Part shown: positions 40,734 through 50,802 of the stretch, piece by piece
Numbering within the stretch: the first letter of the stretch is position 1
Layout: each line of letters opens with the position of its first letter
Virus record (IMG/VR): IMGVR_UViG_3300026521_000148
Location: 16,351 to 80,350 of that record
Length of the DNA: 64,000 bases
DNA from: a virus
Direction: 5' to 3' (one strand)
The notes under the pieces: generated by a model
Seen by the model: only the letters and a program-made list of their open reading frames with translations
Database searches by the model: none
What the model was told of the DNA's origin: nothing
Position numbers and translations under genes: made by a program

Positions 40734-41944
40734 TAAAATTTATATATAAAACCAATACTAAACGCAACCATATCTTCATAAGTAGCACTATATTCGTCTA
40801 TAGGTGATGTTTTAGGAACACCAAATATTTGTGTTGTTTTATTTGTTGTATTCTTATAATAACCAAACATAGCTTTAACCATGAAATCTTTTTTAATAGT
40901 TATTGTATCATACATTTTAAATGTGTACCCTAATGCACCACTATTGTTTATAGACAATGGGACACCAACAGTCATGTTGTCATAACCGGGAGATACATAT
41001 TTACCTTCGAACCCTAACCTCATACTGCGATGAAGTATAACATCATCAAATATCTTAGAATAACCTAATAATAGGGAATACCCGTGTGTTTCATATTTAC
41101 CAAAATAACTATTACTTGGAGGTGTTTCTATAAACTTGTTTAAAAGAGTACTATCCCCTTTTGTTTTAGACATAGAGCCTATGATATAAAATGTATCACC
41201 TATGGTTTCTAATCTATCATATACGAACTCTATGCCAACTAACTTTAGATCTTTAGTACCTGCGTCATAGAGTATCTCTTTATATGTATAATAATTAAAA
41301 TCCATACTTAATTTATCAGTTATATCACTCTTAATCAAAACAGTATATCCATAACTACCGTTAAATGCTTTCATAGTTTTTCTGTTATCGTATGTGTATT
41401 GATTAGTATCCATAACGTAAGCTGTATCTACGAACTCTCCTTTTGATATCCTACCACCAGTTATGATTGTATCTCTATCTCTCCATGTTAACAATAGTCC
41501 TTCTAACTCAAAATCTACTAAACCATATATACCTATACCGTTAGTACTATCATAAAGATCTGTGTTATTAAAACTACCTGTTTTAAAGTTTAATATACCT
41601 GTTGTTAAATATAGATTATTTATTAAATGTTTAGTATAATAGAAGTTCTCTACATTTATAACATCATAGTCACCTAACTGATGTTTATATTTATTATTGT
41701 AACCTGTACCGGTAACCCCTATGTAACTTATAGTACTAGCGATTTTATCTTTATCTATAAGTAATAGAGTGTTATTTCTAAGTACAGTTCTAACTAACGT
41801 ACCATTATCTCTATCGCCATCATCAATCGGGCTATTATAATAACCAACTGCTTTATCCATTAACAGATATGTATTACTCTTTATGTCGTCTAGTGCATGT
41901 AGACCACATATAACTACTAATAAACCTATTATAATGTTTTTCAT
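40733..41944 (-). CDS. Putative outer-membrane beta-barrel (porin-like) protein
   Basis: Signal peptide ending LHA, Tyr/Gly-rich amphipathic strands, C-terminal FSIGFIYKF matching a BAM beta-signal. Confidence 0.7.
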   Translation of the reverse strand: MKNIIIGLLVVICGLHALDDIKSNTYLLMDKAVGYYNSPIDDGDRDNGTLVRTVLRNNTLLLIDKDKIASTISYIGVTGTGYNNKYKHQLGDYDVINVENFYYTKHLINNLYLTTGILNFKTGSFNNTDLYDSTNGIGIYGLVDFELEGLLLTWRDRDTIITGGRISKGEFVDTAYVMDTNQYTYDNRKTMKAFNGSYGYTVLIKSDITDKLSMDFNYYTYKEILYDAGTKDLKLVGIEFVYDRLETIGDTFYIIGSMSKTKGDSTLLNKFIETPPSNSYFGKYETHGYSLLLGYSKIFDDVILHRSMRLGFEGKYVSPGYDNMTVGVPLSINNSGALGYTFKMYDTITIKKDFMVKAMFGYYKNTTNKTTQIFGVPKTSPIDEYSATYEDMVAFSIGFIYKF

Positions 41945-42258
41945 TTCTTATCCTTAAAGATATAGAACGAATTCGATCCCATGTCGGTATTTTCATCATG
42001 TGTTAAACAAAAACATGCTTCTTTCATAAGTTGTTCCTTTTTAACACCACAAACATAATAAGATAACTTATTATTATTACAAACTCGTTTCCAACTTACA
42101 ACTGTTTTTATGTCTGGATCTATACATAATTCATTAAGTACGTTAGTACACTTTTTCTTACTATACTTACAGCCTACATTTATAGTCGGCAGTATAGCAG
42201 GTTCAGCATGAAGTATGACAGATATAAACAAAACTATAGATGATATTTTCTTTATCAT
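41941..42258 (-). CDS. Small secreted cysteine-rich protein
   Basis: Signal peptide (LHA-EP), 7 Cys in the ~87-aa mature part, no CxxCH; overlaps both neighbours. Confidence 0.7.
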   Translation of the reverse strand: MIKKISSIVLFISVILHAEPAILPTINVGCKYSKKKCTNVLNELCIDPDIKTVVSWKRVCNNNKLSYYVCGVKKEQLMKEACFCLTHDENTDMGSNSFYIFKDKK

Positions 42259-43577
42259 ACTCGTTCCTTTTTCTTTTCTACTACTTTAAATACTAATCTA
42301 AAGATGGTGCCTTGTTTAGTTGTTTTTAACACTTCAACACTACCTCCTATAGATTCTAACTCTTTTTTATTTATATACATACCTATACCCCTGAGTTTAC
42401 TACTCTTACCATCTCTAGCTATTTCACCGTTAGCTTTTTTAGTAGTGACGCCTTGCTCAAATATTATATTAGGATCTTTTACTATATTACCATGTTTATC
42501 TTGTATGCCTATACCGTTATCTACTAATAGCATCTCTACTACATTAGTATCTATCATTTTTAACATTATAGATAGCTTACTAGCTTTTGCTTCTTTACTA
42601 TTAACTATATGGTTTTTTAATATTCTACCTGTCTTACTATTCCCTAACTCCCTACAAGGCCTAAACCTTTTAGCTATATCCCTGCCCTTAACAATAGTGA
42701 CATCTATTTTCCTAACTGATAATGAATTAACAAAATTTGTTATAGTAGTTATTATCTCGTATATACTAGCTTCTGTTTCTTGGTACTTTAACTTCTTAGT
42801 ATTTGATATAGTATGTATAACTTCTTCTATTGTCTCTACTGCCATTATGCTGTTAGAGTACATATCGTCTATTTTAACTAGATCATAAGTTTTTTTATCA
42901 ACAAGCTCACATTCTGCTAAACAACTAGGTTTCTCTGTTAAGTGTTTATACATAGACGTTATTAAACTTTTTAATAGTGCTAGTGGTAAATTTATTTCAT
43001 GACCTATAGATTCACCAAGATCTCTCTGTAACGCTATCTCTAACTCTTCTTCTTTAGCTTTATCCCTTATATCTAAAATCTTTATACGTTCGTATTTATA
43101 TATAAAAAATGGTATAGTGAAAAAAAGAAATAGAAAAAAATAGTTAATAATCATTAACGTATTAACAGAATCAAAATACGCTGAATCATCTACTATTATT
43201 CTATTACCTTTAAACTCTATAACTGTATCATAATCTTCATTAAACACATTACAAAATAAAGGTTCAAACTTACTTATATCAACGGTATCTCTTCGTAAGA
43301 TACCGTTGATACTTTTATAAGTCACGCCATTACTACTCTCTAATTTATCGCATGTTACTGTGTTGCATATGAGATTAAGATCCACTCCATTAAGTCTATC
43401 AACGGTTTCTAATCGTGTATAATATTTTTCTAAAGATGTCTTATATGTACTATACATAGTTATAACATTAAATAACGTTATAGTAACTAAGACTATGAAA
43501 CCTAACTTTATATATTCTTTACCTGTTTCTTTAGTTAAAACTCTATTAAGAATATCTTTATTAATATTAAACATCAT
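42255..43577 (-). CDS. Membrane sensor histidine kinase
   Basis: Two TM helices around a periplasmic domain; H-box HEINLPL, N-box ILKNHIVNSKEA, G1 DNGIGI, F-box IFEQGVTTK, G2 GIGMYI, GTIF. Confidence 0.9.
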   Translation of the reverse strand: MMFNINKDILNRVLTKETGKEYIKLGFIVLVTITLFNVITMYSTYKTSLEKYYTRLETVDRLNGVDLNLICNTVTCDKLESSNGVTYKSINGILRRDTVDISKFEPLFCNVFNEDYDTVIEFKGNRIIVDDSAYFDSVNTLMIINYFFLFLFFTIPFFIYKYERIKILDIRDKAKEEELEIALQRDLGESIGHEINLPLALLKSLITSMYKHLTEKPSCLAECELVDKKTYDLVKIDDMYSNSIMAVETIEEVIHTISNTKKLKYQETEASIYEIITTITNFVNSLSVRKIDVTIVKGRDIAKRFRPCRELGNSKTGRILKNHIVNSKEAKASKLSIMLKMIDTNVVEMLLVDNGIGIQDKHGNIVKDPNIIFEQGVTTKKANGEIARDGKSSKLRGIGMYINKKELESIGGSVEVLKTTKQGTIFRLVFKVVEKKKERV

Positions 43578-44203
43578 TAATCCTTATATAATAACTCATA
43601 GATGCGCTTATATCTTTCTGAGTTTTTATTAAGATAATAGTTACTAAAGTTTAAACCTGTAGCATCCTCAAATTTCTTAAAGAAAAAACCAACTGTGGGG
43701 TTCTTCTTATTAAGAGTGTGGGCTGTACAAAATATAAATTTAAGATCAGGATTTCTTTTATATAACTCTAAAAATACGTCTATACCATCATACTCGACAT
43801 AATCACCATTAGTTAATTTAACACCATATCCTAATGTTATATCTAATATAGCGTAGTCAACATGTTCATAATTTTCGTGTATGAACTTATGCGCTATAAA
43901 ACCAGCTTTAGGTCCTAAACATGTTATTATATTAAAATCTTCATTAACGTCTTTATCATACACTCTTTTTATGTCTTTAAAATCTTCCCCATACAGATAC
44001 CACATATTTTGTATATCATCTAGTATTAATATGGTCTTACCATTCTCTACTCTAGATATACCAGGGTTACCGTATTTATCATAGTCTATACTTTCAACAC
44101 CATCTTGTATATCTGTTAGTAATTTATCCAATTCTTTATTATTATATTCTTTATTATTATCATTTTTTTCTTTTTTAAAAAATCTTTTAAATATGTTTAA
44201 CAT
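43577..44203 (-). CDS. Response-regulator receiver protein with no output domain
   Basis: ILILDD, AILDI (phospho-Asp), DGID, IFCTAH (switch Thr), YLNK (conserved Lys). Confidence 0.85.
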   Translation of the reverse strand: MLNIFKRFFKKEKNDNNKEYNNKELDKLLTDIQDGVESIDYDKYGNPGISRVENGKTILILDDIQNMWYLYGEDFKDIKRVYDKDVNEDFNIITCLGPKAGFIAHKFIHENYEHVDYAILDITLGYGVKLTNGDYVEYDGIDVFLELYKRNPDLKFIFCTAHTLNKKNPTVGFFFKKFEDATGLNFSNYYLNKNSERYKRIYELLYKD

Positions 44204-44213
44204 ATCGATTCTC

Positions 44214-44678
44214 CTATATAAGGTTAGTTAAGGCTTTTAGACCTAATGTTAATAAACTATGCATAGCTGAAACAGCCTTCTCAACAGCTACTGGTTCTAG
44301 ATGGTATAGTATAGTAAAAAATAAAGTTGTTGTAAAGACAACACTCATACCTTTTAAAGCATTCTTATATGTAAAAAGTTTAGCCTCTTTTTCCTCTTTA
44401 AGTTTTTCTACCTCTACTAACATTTCTTTGTATTTATTAAGTAGTGCCATATCTAGATCTATGATATGTATAAGTGACCTAACATGATGATGACGTATAG
44501 CTTGTAGCTCTGCTGTATAATTGTTAGTTAATAAAATAAGTATCTCTTTAAGCTCTCTATCTATAGAGTCCATAGCTATAAGTTTATTAACACTAGCATT
44601 CTCTTCCGTCCTAGATTCCATTGTTGTATTAAATATGTTTTCTTTTAATTCAAATAGTTTTTTATTTATATCTTCCAT
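44214..44678 (-). CDS. Coiled-coil protein with C-terminal TM helix, first gene of the signalling operon
   Basis: 154 aa, GGGAG RBS, hydrophobic MSVVFTTTLFFTILY. Confidence 0.7.
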   Translation of the reverse strand: MEDINKKLFELKENIFNTTMESRTEENASVNKLIAMDSIDRELKEILILLTNNYTAELQAIRHHHVRSLIHIIDLDMALLNKYKEMLVEVEKLKEEKEAKLFTYKNALKGMSVVFTTTLFFTILYHLEPVAVEKAVSAMHSLLTLGLKALTNLI

Positions 44679-44722
44679 GGTAACTCCCTATGCGTAAAAT
44701 CAAATAAATTAAAAGAAAAAAC

Positions 44723-44750
44723 TACTACTAGCCTAACTAGGCTAGTAGTA
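44723..44750 (-). terminator. Hairpin terminator
   Basis: TACTACTAGCCTA-AC-TAGGCTAGTAGTA with T-tract on the minus strand. Confidence 0.75.
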
Positions 44751-44752
44751 TG

Positions 44753-45217
44753 TTAGTTTGCATCGCTGCGTTCATTTTTTTCAGTATTTACTGCTTCTTC
44801 ATCACCAGGAATACTAGCTGCTTCTGCGGCTGCCTTAGCTAAACCAGCAGGATTTATCTGTTCCATTTGTTTTTGGAACTCTTCACGTTTTTTACGTTCT
44901 TCTTCTGCTTGTTTACGAGACGCTTCAATCTCTTCAGCAGTAGGGAATGCTTGTTCAATCTTTTCAAACATTTGATCTTCAGTAAGACTATCTGCTAAAC
45001 TGATAACATTGTTGTAAGCTACTTCTAAACCTTTTGGCGTTTTAGCTAAAAGAACAACACTTACTTCATGACTTGTAATTGTTTCATCTTTTTCATAATC
45101 ACAAGTTAAAACATTTTCTTGTACCTGTACTTTAGCGATAAATACATTTTTATCTTCACCAGCTCTTTCTAAGAACGCTGTTACTTCTTCTAGTGCTTTT
45201 TGTTTTACATTTTCCAT
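44753..45217 (-). CDS. Hypothetical acidic protein
   Basis: 154 aa, AAGGA RBS, own promoter and terminator. Confidence 0.75.
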   Translation of the reverse strand: MENVKQKALEEVTAFLERAGEDKNVFIAKVQVQENVLTCDYEKDETITSHEVSVVLLAKTPKGLEVAYNNVISLADSLTEDQMFEKIEQAFPTAEEIEASRKQAEEERKKREEFQKQMEQINPAGLAKAAAEAASIPGDEEAVNTEKNERSDAN

Positions 45218-45306
45218 ATGGGTTTCCTTAAATTTGTTTTACTACTTAGTAGTTCATAATATACATCTTCCTATAAAAAAGATATACAACTCTATCCATG
45301 TTAACA

Positions 45307-45336
45307 TAGCGATTACTCACTATCTTAATAATATAA
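45307..45336 (-). promoter_or_regulatory. Putative early promoter (variant)
   Basis: Minus strand TATATTATTAAGATAGTGAGTAATCGCTA. Confidence 0.5.
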
Positions 45337-45372
45337 GTATAAAAAATAATAGAACTAACAGGTATTAACCTG

Positions 45373-45771
45373 TTAGTCTACTAATGTCGCAATGTTATAC
45401 ATAGCTGCTTCTAGCCCTATACCTATATCACCTATTTTAATATCTCTCCAATTATTATCATTATCTTTCCATTGGATAGTTTTATTATAAACAGCATCAT
45501 AAGCATCATTAAATGCTACCCCACCTCTAACTGCTTCATTAACTTTAAAATTAGCTAACGCTAGTATAGAACTCATAAAATTGATACTACCTTCATCAGC
45601 ATCAAATACATTACCATTAAGTTCTATAGTAGCTGTTCTTATCTTATACTTTTTCCTAGCTTTACTATTTTCAACAGCAGCTGGTTCTAAGATAGGTGTT
45701 ATTTTAGCTTTACCATCTATAAACTCCATTCTGTGTCTTAATCTAGCTAGATTTAAATCTCTATTTTTCAT
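45373..45771 (-). CDS. Tail-fibre assembly/chaperone-like protein (DUF4376-like)
   Basis: NGNVFDADEGS...M and IQWKDNDNNW motifs; downstream of the tail fibre. Confidence 0.55.
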   Translation of the reverse strand: MKNRDLNLARLRHRMEFIDGKAKITPILEPAAVENSKARKKYKIRTATIELNGNVFDADEGSINFMSSILALANFKVNEAVRGGVAFNDAYDAVYNKTIQWKDNDNNWRDIKIGDIGIGLEAAMYNIATLVD

Positions 45772-45804
45772 AAGTAATCCTTTAAAATCTACGAGTGTTA
45801 ATAT

Positions 45805-46086
45805 TCACTTCAATTCATTCGCTTGTTGTTCGGGCTGTTTCTTTTTCACATAGTTTAATAAGAAATCAGTAACACCTGTATTTCTCAGTAATCTTTCACC
45901 GAACCAAAATACAATAATGACTATCATGATATCGCTTAACTTGTCTATATAAATATCTGGTAAATCATCGTGTTTAAAAAATGTGTATACATAAAGTATC
46001 GTGAATACATATGTTAAAACAGGTCTTATAGACGACTTTAATTTTAATACCCAATTAGGACTATAGTTATCTGTATTTAATTCCAT
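45805..46086 (-). CDS. Putative holin (GTA 3TM-holin-like)
   Basis: WV..L.SSIRPVLTY...IIVFWFGER motif with two TM segments. Confidence 0.65.
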   Translation of the reverse strand: MELNTDNYSPNWVLKLKSSIRPVLTYVFTILYVYTFFKHDDLPDIYIDKLSDIMIVIIVFWFGERLLRNTGVTDFLLNYVKKKQPEQQANELK

Positions 46087-46604
46087 GGTAATTTCCTTAG
46101 ATTTATTAATGGTTTATATTCAGCATATTTAACATTAGGATCTTTATAAATAGAAACTAAATTAAATAATAGGTTAGGTGATACACTAGAAGGCTCTAAG
46201 TACCACATAGGTTTATAGCCATCTATTTTTAATACGTTACTAGCTACTTCAGAACAGAACCACATATCACTTCTATCTTTAAACGGTAAAACAAAACCTA
46301 TTATACCAGCGTAGTCATATTTTTGATCTACTATAGATTCTAGGAATTCAACTATTACATCTTGATTATTTATAGGTACATGTACGTAATCGTATCTACT
46401 AGCATTTATATCATTTAGTATATGTTCATTTTTAACTACTTTACCCCTACCCTCTTTTGCTTCGTAACTAACATATTCACCATTTACTTTTAAAATTATT
46501 GCTACATGGCTATAAGGACCATTTGTCCAAGCTGCTATAAGCTTACTTGTAAAAGCAGTATCATTTACATCGGTTCTTCTAAATCCCAATATCATAGTAT
46601 CCAT
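46077..46604 (-). CDS. Permuted papain-like (YiiX/YaeF, peptidase C92) amidase
   Basis: YSHVAI before YDYAG...WFCSE...SP..L. Confidence 0.8.
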   Translation of the reverse strand: MDTMILGFRRTDVNDTAFTSKLIAAWTNGPYSHVAIILKVNGEYVSYEAKEGRGKVVKNEHILNDINASRYDYVHVPINNQDVIVEFLESIVDQKYDYAGIIGFVLPFKDRSDMWFCSEVASNVLKIDGYKPMWYLEPSSVSPNLLFNLVSIYKDPNVKYAEYKPLINLRKLPWN

Positions 46605-46606
46605 AT

Positions 46607-46915
46607 CTAACCCCTAAATAATAAAAATAAAACAGTTAACGTTATCATAACTGCATTTTTAGATGTATATATGATATCTAATATATCAGGAGTATGTTTA
46701 CTTTTATTAAAATAGTCATATACCTCTTTACTAGTAGCTACTAATACTACTATAACTGTAGCTAAAATAAATATAGTAGCCATAGACATAGTAATAAAGA
46801 AAGAAACTAATGTTAACACTATAAGGCTTATAGTATATAAAACATCACCGTAATACGCATGTAATAACTTATCATTAGGGATAAATTCATTAAGTCTTTT
46901 TAAGATCTTCTCCAT
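46607..46915 (-). CDS. Membrane protein
   Basis: DKLLH...KEVYD...D..DI.. pattern, 3 hydrophobic segments. Confidence 0.65.
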   Translation of the reverse strand: MEKILKRLNEFIPNDKLLHAYYGDVLYTISLIVLTLVSFFITMSMATIFILATVIVVLVATSKEVYDYFNKSKHTPDILDIIYTSKNAVMITLTVLFLLFRG

Positions 46916-46958
46916 AGGAATCCTTTAATTTTAAATCATATAAATTAAAAAATAATAG

Positions 46959-46988
46959 AACATAGTAGGACATCAGTCCTACTATGTT
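46959..46988 (-). terminator. Hairpin terminator
   Basis: AACATAGTAGGAC-ATCA-GTCCTACTATGTT with T-tract on the minus strand. Confidence 0.75.
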
Positions 46989-46989
46989 G

Positions 46990-47865
46990 TTATTTGTATT
47001 TTCTAACTATACCAGCGATAGCAACTTCTCTTTCATAGAGCTTATCTACTAATGCAACACCTTCTTCTGCTAATTGATCATCAGCACGTGTTTCGATTTC
47101 ATTAAATCTTTGAACAGCGTAATCGATAGTAGCTTTTGTAGCTTCAGGTAGATTAGCTTTAGCGTCATCAGAAGTGATAGCCCATAATGCAGAGATAGCT
47201 GAGAATGACAATGAAACCATCTTAGCTAGATCAGCGATAGAGTCTTCATTGTTACGAACAGTTAGGTCTCTTTCATGCGCTATAAGTTTCTTCTCTTGTT
47301 CTCTAGGTAATGAAGTTATCTCGATAGCTGGTTCAGGTCTAACTTCTGTTGTCTCTTCACCACGGTATGCTAATAACCATTGGTTATCTTTTTCAATAGC
47401 TTCCATTCCTTCTACTGCTTGTGTTATTTCACCTTTTTCAACGATAGGTTGTTTAACGCCATAATCATCGAAAACATATGTAGTTTTGTCAAGAAGCTGT
47501 GCTTTTCTTTCATTAAGCTTTTCAATAACAGCTTCGTCTGTAACCGCTTCTACAGCTGGTTCTATAACAACACCTGTCTCTTCATCGATAACTTCTTCTT
47601 TACCAGATAGTTGTAATCCGATATTTTCTAGTTCTTTGTTTAGCTCATATTGTTTTTTATAAGCATTGAACCAGTCTTCTTCTATAGAAACTATAGGAGC
47701 TTCTGCTTCACCTTGTAAAGCTTTAAGTTGTTGTTTTTTAATAAGTTCTGGATCTCTCCCTGCTTCGATACCTTTATCTAGGATATCTGTACTAGGGTAA
47801 GTTTCAAGAACCTCATGACTAATTTCTTTTGTTTCTGTGTCTAAGATATAATTATATCTGATCAT
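46990..47865 (-). CDS. Tail-fibre-associated protein (putative chaperone)
   Basis: Acidic helical protein directly after the tail fibre; start at MIRYNY after AAGGAG. Confidence 0.55.
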   Translation of the reverse strand: MIRYNYILDTETKEISHEVLETYPSTDILDKGIEAGRDPELIKKQQLKALQGEAEAPIVSIEEDWFNAYKKQYELNKELENIGLQLSGKEEVIDEETGVVIEPAVEAVTDEAVIEKLNERKAQLLDKTTYVFDDYGVKQPIVEKGEITQAVEGMEAIEKDNQWLLAYRGEETTEVRPEPAIEITSLPREQEKKLIAHERDLTVRNNEDSIADLAKMVSLSFSAISALWAITSDDAKANLPEATKATIDYAVQRFNEIETRADDQLAEEGVALVDKLYEREVAIAGIVRKYK

Positions 47866-47925
47866 CGTTTTCTCCTTTTTATATAGGTTTACCATATAGG
47901 TAAACCTTTTAGTTTTAGCTTATAG

Positions 47926-50411
47926 CTATTTTACAAAATATGGTAACCTAACAGATTTTTGACCGAATAGAATTACTTCGCCATTATCATCACGCATAGT
48001 TGCTGTTCTGCTAGCAGAAACATTAAATAATCCATTATCACCCCAGTCACCATTAGAGTTCTTCAGCTCGTTATATGTATATGTTAAATAAACTACCTTA
48101 TTTGTTTCAGATAAATAATCTCTAAATTTAACAAAAGGAGTTGCATAACCAGGCGCCATTATGACATCATGCGACGCTAAATAATTATAATTACCATTGT
48201 AGGAGTGTATGCCATTTAACTTCGTGCCTAATCTATTAAGATTAGATCCCCATGTTGACCACCAACTGGTGATACTGAGTTTATTTAAAAAATTCTGAAT
48301 TAACATTACACCGTTAGAAGGGTATCCCTCCATTGTAACATCATAACTATTGTTAATATTTAGAAAACGTCTATTAGTAGTCTCTTTTAGGAAATTAGTT
48401 TTCATTTTATAATACACTTTTACAACCATAAGATCAAGAGCTTCTTCTAAGCTGCTATAGCCTAACTTATCTAATGTTTTTTCTATGTTCCAAAAGAATC
48501 TATTATCCAATCTATCACAACTGTTATGGTAATATTTTGCTTCAGCATCAGATCCTCCTGCTGCATATGGGACCCATGTATCATCCTTAGCTTTAACTAA
48601 AAATTTCTCTATACCTAAACCCTTTCTACTAGCTTTAACACTAAGACGCATGTTATCATCTTCACCAAATAAACATATTCTGTTGTTATGATCATAACTC
48701 TCTACTTTAGCATCAACAGGCAGCATACTACCACCCTCTTCATCCACTAATAAAGGATAACCGCTTACACCATGTTCTAGCCACGTATCTGTATACCCAC
48801 CAACAGAACCATCGTCACCTAGATCTAACCATACAGCATCATCGCTAAAATCGATGTGACCATCAGTAGCATTCGCATCACCGTCAGTAGTGTTAGTATG
48901 TACATTACTTATAGTAGTGTCACTTAGGTATCTATAATAATGACCAGCATCACCATTATTGTTATCAGTATCAGTACATAGAACATAATCATTCTTAGTG
49001 AATGTTTGAGTTGTGTCTTCTGTAATATCAAGCTTGATACGATCAGCTAACTTACGCGGATCACCAACTATATCACAATGTGTAGATGTTCCATTGTTAA
49101 CAAAATCGTCCTCCATGATAAGGTAAATATCAAAAACATCATTCTCTAAAACATTAACATTAGGAACACGTTCCAAACTTGTTGTTCTATTCTCTACATT
49201 AATTTTACTAAGATGTAAACCATAAAAACTACTATCTTTGTTATACCAAATATGTTGTAAATAACTTATATCCCTAGTTCTTCTATTAATAAGGATGGCA
49301 TTTCTAACGTTTCTGTATTTTAAATAAAACGTACCTGTATCATATGGGATATTTAGATAATCCATAAGGAAATCATAACCATCTTCTTTTTTAAGAAAAA
49401 AATAATTGTCATTATTATTGGATCTAGCTCTAGATGTTAATCTAACTATTTTAGTAGTTTTTTCTTTACCACGGATCTCTCCTCTAAGAGCCTTTTGAGC
49501 ATACTCTTCTCTAAGTTCATCGTAGTTACGTTTATGAGCAGACATACGAAGATCTTCAACATCTCTTTCATTAACTTCATCTACATATAAACCATCTGGT
49601 CTACCAGACATAGCTGATTCGATAGTGCCTGTAACTTTATAAGTATCAGGGTTATCAGTACCATCATCAAGACTACTTAATCTACTTGCATTTGTAGGAT
49701 CTGTAATATCTATAGTAGCTATAAGATCGTGATCGAAACAATCTGCTAAACTAGTGATAGTTCCTTCAGGAGCTAGATAACTCATAACTGCAGCACCATC
49801 TACATAAACTCTTGCACAACCTTCAGGGTTGAATGTTTCGTGCCAGATGCCCGCATTACGTCTCTGTACTAGTGCTATAGGAAGCGCTACAACTTTTTTA
49901 CTAGCATTAGCCCAGCACCCTTTAACGTGTCCGCTACTATTATGATCGTATGTATATAGTGGATACCCACCATCGCGAAAATCACTACTGTAAGATGAAC
50001 TAACAGCACCCGACTTAACTTGCACTAGCATGGCACCAAAACCGATCGCACTGTAGCCGGCCCCAGGACTTATAGCGTTAATATATCTCCATTCGTTACC
50101 AAGACCTTTTACAACTCTGATACGATATCTAACTTGGATCCATTTTTCACCATCTCTATAGATGTTGTTATCTGGGTTATTAGCTAACTTGATTTTATCA
50201 GCTAAACTAAGTTCAGACCAAACGTAACCTTTACCAACTAACTCACCTGGCTCTTGCCAACCATCTGAGAATAAACTATATGTATCAGCACCCTCAAATA
50301 CACCATCAACTATACCTGATAGCCCATCTACATTACCGCCTCTATACTGCACATTCCCATAAGGATAAACTAATGAGAGTTCACCTTTATCTGTTATATC
50401 TTCATGCCATG
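47926..50411 (-). CDS. Tail fibre / receptor-binding protein, exon 2
   Basis: Open from (T)CA TGG CAT GAA = SWHEDITDKG...VYPYGNVQY into the 808-aa ORF; SGRPDGLYVDEV...DLRMSA and DWGDNG motifs. Confidence 0.75.
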
Positions 50412-50802
50412 CATTTGTATTCCATATAGATCGCTACTTCTATATGCGATTAGTTTCTTTATACTACTGTTAAGTAGAACTAATCAGCTATATGTCTCCA
50501 TATAGATTAGACTATATCTTCATCTCTTTATAAAAGATGCTTACCACTTCCACCCTCGATCGCTTAGAGCGTACTCCCTTTCGGGATAGTCGTTGAGGTT
50601 TACTCTTATATAAGAGTCTTACCTGCTGATTACCTCTATTTATAACATTTTAAGGGGTCGCTACTATGTCGCCATGTAGTATCCTAGTTATAACTTAACG
50701 AGTGTGTCCCAGCATTTCAATAAGTTTAAATACACATCACTGTGTAAGTGAACCATTTTCTTTTTATTTACTTGTGAGATCACGCGGCATAACGTGTTGT
50801 TA
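50412..50802 (-). mobile_element. ORF-less group I intron (391 nt) in the tail-fibre gene
   Basis: Exon ends GAAU; P1 GAAU|UA pairs with UGGUUC; core GAAATGCTGGGA, CCTCAACGACTATCCC, GATATAGTCT; terminal G; splicing restores the frame (FLE-S-WHE). Confidence 0.88.

Noticed and set aside
41941-42258. Cys-rich protein as a c-type cytochrome
   Set aside because: No CxxCH heme-binding motif
50353-50802. Gap between the tail-fibre ORFs as a pseudogene, frameshift or invertible segment
   Set aside because: Group I core motifs and precise in-frame splicing explain it; no invertase or flanking inverted repeats seen
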